15,823 bases of DNA from Candidatus Krumholzibacteriia bacterium. GTDB taxonomy: Bacteria > Krumholzibacteriota > Krumholzibacteriia > WVZY01. This document shows, one piece after another, positions 13,430 through 15,823 of this stretch. How positions within the stretch are numbered: position 1 is the stretch's first letter; each line of letters opens with the position of its first letter. The position numbers and the translations under genes are program-made. The DNA is taken from contig JAZGDW010000141.1 of assembly GCA_036478295.1 (NCBI GenBank), forward strand, positions 1 through 15,823. Direction: 5' to 3'. Below the pieces are notes generated by a model. It made no database searches. It saw nothing but the letters and a program-made list of their open reading frames with translations, and had not been told where the DNA came from.

Positions 13430-15823
13430 ATGCGTTCCGGCCGTTTTTTCGTAGTGCCCCCCCCACACGGGTTGTGGTTCGGCGTCGTGCTGGCCTGCGC
13501 CGCACTCGTCGTGGCAGGACCCGCCGCGGCGCCCGCCGTCGGTGCGGAGGTCAAGCTCGTGTCCTCAGACGCCTCCCGGCTGGTTTTCGAAGTGAACCTG
13601 GAAGGGTTCCGTTTCGAGGCGTCACCGTTTCTCGCGGGGACCGAAAGACTCGAGATACCGGATTTCGGGACCCTGACCGGAGAAGGCGAGCCCCGGCTGC
13701 CCGGGCGCTACTATATGGTCGCCCTGCCGCCTGAGGGCCGCTACTCGCTTCGCTCCACGATCGTTCGCTCGCAACCCCTCGGCCGGCACCGGCTGGAGCC
13801 GGCGCCTTCGGCGGTTGCCGTGCGGGACGGAGCGGATTTCGTGACCACCCGGGAAATCTACCGCATCGACGACTCGGTATACGGGCAAAAGAAGTACACC
13901 ATCGGTGTGACGGACGCCGGCGTCGGCCGCGTGCGACACCAGCGCATCGTGTCGCTCCGGGTGGATCCGGTGGCGTACGACCCGGCGACGGGAGAGACCG
14001 TTTTGGCCACGATCATCCGCATCGAGGTGTCCTTCGACCCGGCCGGCCGGAACAGGCTCGGCCCGGGCCGTGAGGACGCCCTGCGACCTGTCCCCGAGTC
14101 CGATGTGTGGGACCGTATCCTGTCAGGAATGCTGGTGAATCCGGGGCAGGCCCGGGAATGGCGGGCCGCGCCGAGGCGATCTGCAGTCTATCGGGAAACA
14201 GCCCAGGCCGCCCTGGCGCTGGCCGGTCCCGTGGTAAAACTCCAGGTGAAGGAGAGCCGGATGCACCGCGTGAGCGCCGCCTCCGTCATTGCCGAAGGGT
14301 TTCCGGCGGGGACGGCAACCGCAGATCTACACTTGTTCAAACGCTCGTACGACGACGCCATCCTGGCGGAGCGCGTCGTCGATGTGGCCTACAAGGTGGT
14401 CGAGGACCCGGCTGGCACGGTGGGCACTTTCGACGGCAACGACTACGTGATTTTCTACGGCCAGCAGCTCCGCGAAGACACGCTGCAAGACGATCCGATT
14501 CAGAAGTTCACCGACGATAACATATACTGGCTGGGTGCGTCTGCCGGCCCGCAGATGAGTCCCAAGACCGTCGCGCCCGGGTTCGTGACCGGCGACACCA
14601 CCTCGGCGTCGTTCCCCGTGACCCGCCGTTTCGAACGGGACCTGTGGTTCCGCGAGAAGACGCCGCCGCTGGAGCGGGATTTTTTCTACTACCATAATCC
14701 ACGGCTGCAGTCTTTTTCGGCGCCGTTTGTGCTCGACGCGGTCGACGGCGGCGACCAGTTTCGCGTGAAGGCCCGGTTTTTGGGCGCAGACCGCAACGTC
14801 ATCTCGCGCGTCATAAGGGTGAGAATCCTCAACAGCAAAGGCACGACCGTCTTGAAGCAGGTATCCGTGCCGAGGAACACACTGATCAACTACGACTCCG
14901 GGCCGATGTTTGCCGGTTCTCTGGTCGAAGGCCTCAACACCTTTCGAATCACGCCAGACGCTCAGAACCAGGCGTCGTTCCTCGACGTGCTCCTCAACTG
15001 GTTCGACCTCGAGTACCAGTCACCGTACCGCGCCAAGGGCAACGTGCTGGATTTTCACTCCGCCTCGTTGGCCGGTGACACCAGTCTCACCGTCACCGGT
15101 CTCAGCCGCCCGGACGTGATGCTCTTCGACGTCACCGATCCGCTCGCGCCCCGCGATTGCCAGCTCGGAGGCGGGCACCTTACCCCGGTAGGAGGCGGTT
15201 GGGTACTGTCCTTTCGAGAAACGCTGGTGTCGCAGAGGCGTTACATCGTGACACCGCTGGACAAGATAAAAGAGATCTCAGGGGGCGACGTCATCTCGGA
15301 CGTGGACGGTGGTCTGATCGACAATCCGGCCAAGGGCGGCGTGGACGTTCTTGTGGTGTCGCACAGGAACTTTCTCGGCGAGATGCAGCGCTGGGTGGAT
15401 TATCGCAAGTCGCAGGGCTACCGGGTGCTGATGGCCGACGTCGATGAGATCTACGATGAGTTCAACGGCGGCGTCAACCACCCGCGGGCAATCCGCAGGT
15501 TCATCCGCCATTTCTTCGAGAACGGAAACGCCAGCTTCGTGCTGCTGGTGGGGGACAGCAACGAGGACAACAAGCGCGTGCACGGCACCGACTCGGGTAT
15601 CAATTTTGTTCCGACCGAGTCGTTCACCGAGTTCGTCGGCGCCGGATTCAACGAGGACGAGGTGGTGACGACCGACAAATGGTACGTCATGCTCGACCAT
15701 GATTTCATCAAGGATCCGCTGCGAGAGTTTCCGCTGCCCAACCCGGTGAATTTCATTCCAAGCCTGATCATCGGCAGGCTGCCCGCGGGCAACACCACGG
15801 AGCTGCGCCGGATGATCGACAAG
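13430..15823 (+). CDS. C25-family (gingipain-like) cysteine peptidase with propeptide, PorU/sortase-like; 3' partial (798 codons in window)
   Basis: ATG 13430 after GGAGGT; signal peptide; propeptide motifs GEPRLP and VDPVAYDPATG; PorU-like FDGNDYVIFYG and FTDDNIYWL; C25 domain DVLVVSH, IYDEFNGG..HPRAIRRF, VLLVGD, TDKWY, IGRLPA. Absent from the ORF track because there is no stop in the window. Confidence 0.88.
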   Translation, partial: MRSGRFFVVPPPHGLWFGVVLACAALVVAGPAAAPAVGAEVKLVSSDASRLVFEVNLEGFRFEASPFLAGTERLEIPDFGTLTGEGEPRLPGRYYMVALPPEGRYSLRSTIVRSQPLGRHRLEPAPSAVAVRDGADFVTTREIYRIDDSVYGQKKYTIGVTDAGVGRVRHQRIVSLRVDPVAYDPATGETVLATIIRIEVSFDPAGRNRLGPGREDALRPVPESDVWDRILSGMLVNPGQAREWRAAPRRSAVYRETAQAALALAGPVVKLQVKESRMHRVSAASVIAEGFPAGTATADLHLFKRSYDDAILAERVVDVAYKVVEDPAGTVGTFDGNDYVIFYGQQLREDTLQDDPIQKFTDDNIYWLGASAGPQMSPKTVAPGFVTGDTTSASFPVTRRFERDLWFREKTPPLERDFFYYHNPRLQSFSAPFVLDAVDGGDQFRVKARFLGADRNVISRVIRVRILNSKGTTVLKQVSVPRNTLINYDSGPMFAGSLVEGLNTFRITPDAQNQASFLDVLLNWFDLEYQSPYRAKGNVLDFHSASLAGDTSLTVTGLSRPDVMLFDVTDPLAPRDCQLGGGHLTPVGGGWVLSFRETLVSQRRYIVTPLDKIKEISGGDVISDVDGGLIDNPAKGGVDVLVVSHRNFLGEMQRWVDYRKSQGYRVLMADVDEIYDEFNGGVNHPRAIRRFIRHFFENGNASFVLLVGDSNEDNKRVHGTDSGINFVPTESFTEFVGAGFNEDEVVTTDKWYVMLDHDFIKDPLREFPLPNPVNFIPSLIIGRLPAGNTTELRRMIDK

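Noticed and set aside
13444..13464. T6 and C8 homopolymers in the C25 signal-peptide region as a phase-variation switch
   Set aside because: The gene is in frame and the tracts are short; read-level length heterogeneity would be needed.
210..15822. Many minus-strand and alternate-frame ORFs in the track (e.g. 1050-1937, 3422-4063, 8786-9439, 13420-13734, 15278-15700)
   Set aside because: They overlap well-supported + strand genes, lack recognisable motifs and are typical GC-rich shadow ORFs.

Overview
A GC-rich bacterial chromosomal segment with all credible genes on the + strand; gene content suggests an FCB-related lineage such as Krumholzibacteria, Eisenbacteria or Latescibacteria (inference only). 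The left half (1-8444) is mostly housekeeping: 3' end of ileS, a DksA/TraR-family protein, lspA, an RluD-like pseudouridine synthase, a partner-switching module (two tandem STAS proteins, an RsbW-like kinase, a membrane/GAF/PP2C phosphatase), ruvX, mltG, larE, a 56-aa two-TM protein absent from the ORF track, and tRNA-Val(TAC). The right half (8585-15823) is the notable part. It holds a secreted Cys-rich protein ending in a dockerin-like double Ca-binding repeat, a truncated paralog fragment, and four secreted cohesin-like proteins in A-B-A'-B' order, all ending in the tail V[PA]V[EH]E[ST]TWG[KRQ][VI]K[AS][LI]Y. These are followed by a large C25 gingipain/PorU-like peptidase that runs off the window and is also absent from the ORF track. 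My main hypothesis is a cohesin-dockerin surface-display system whose short TWG tail is a sorting signal processed by the PorU-like enzyme. Most array genes have their own promoter and a structured leader that can occlude the RBS, and several leaders show mutually exclusive pairings. All RNA pairings were found by eye; none were computed.
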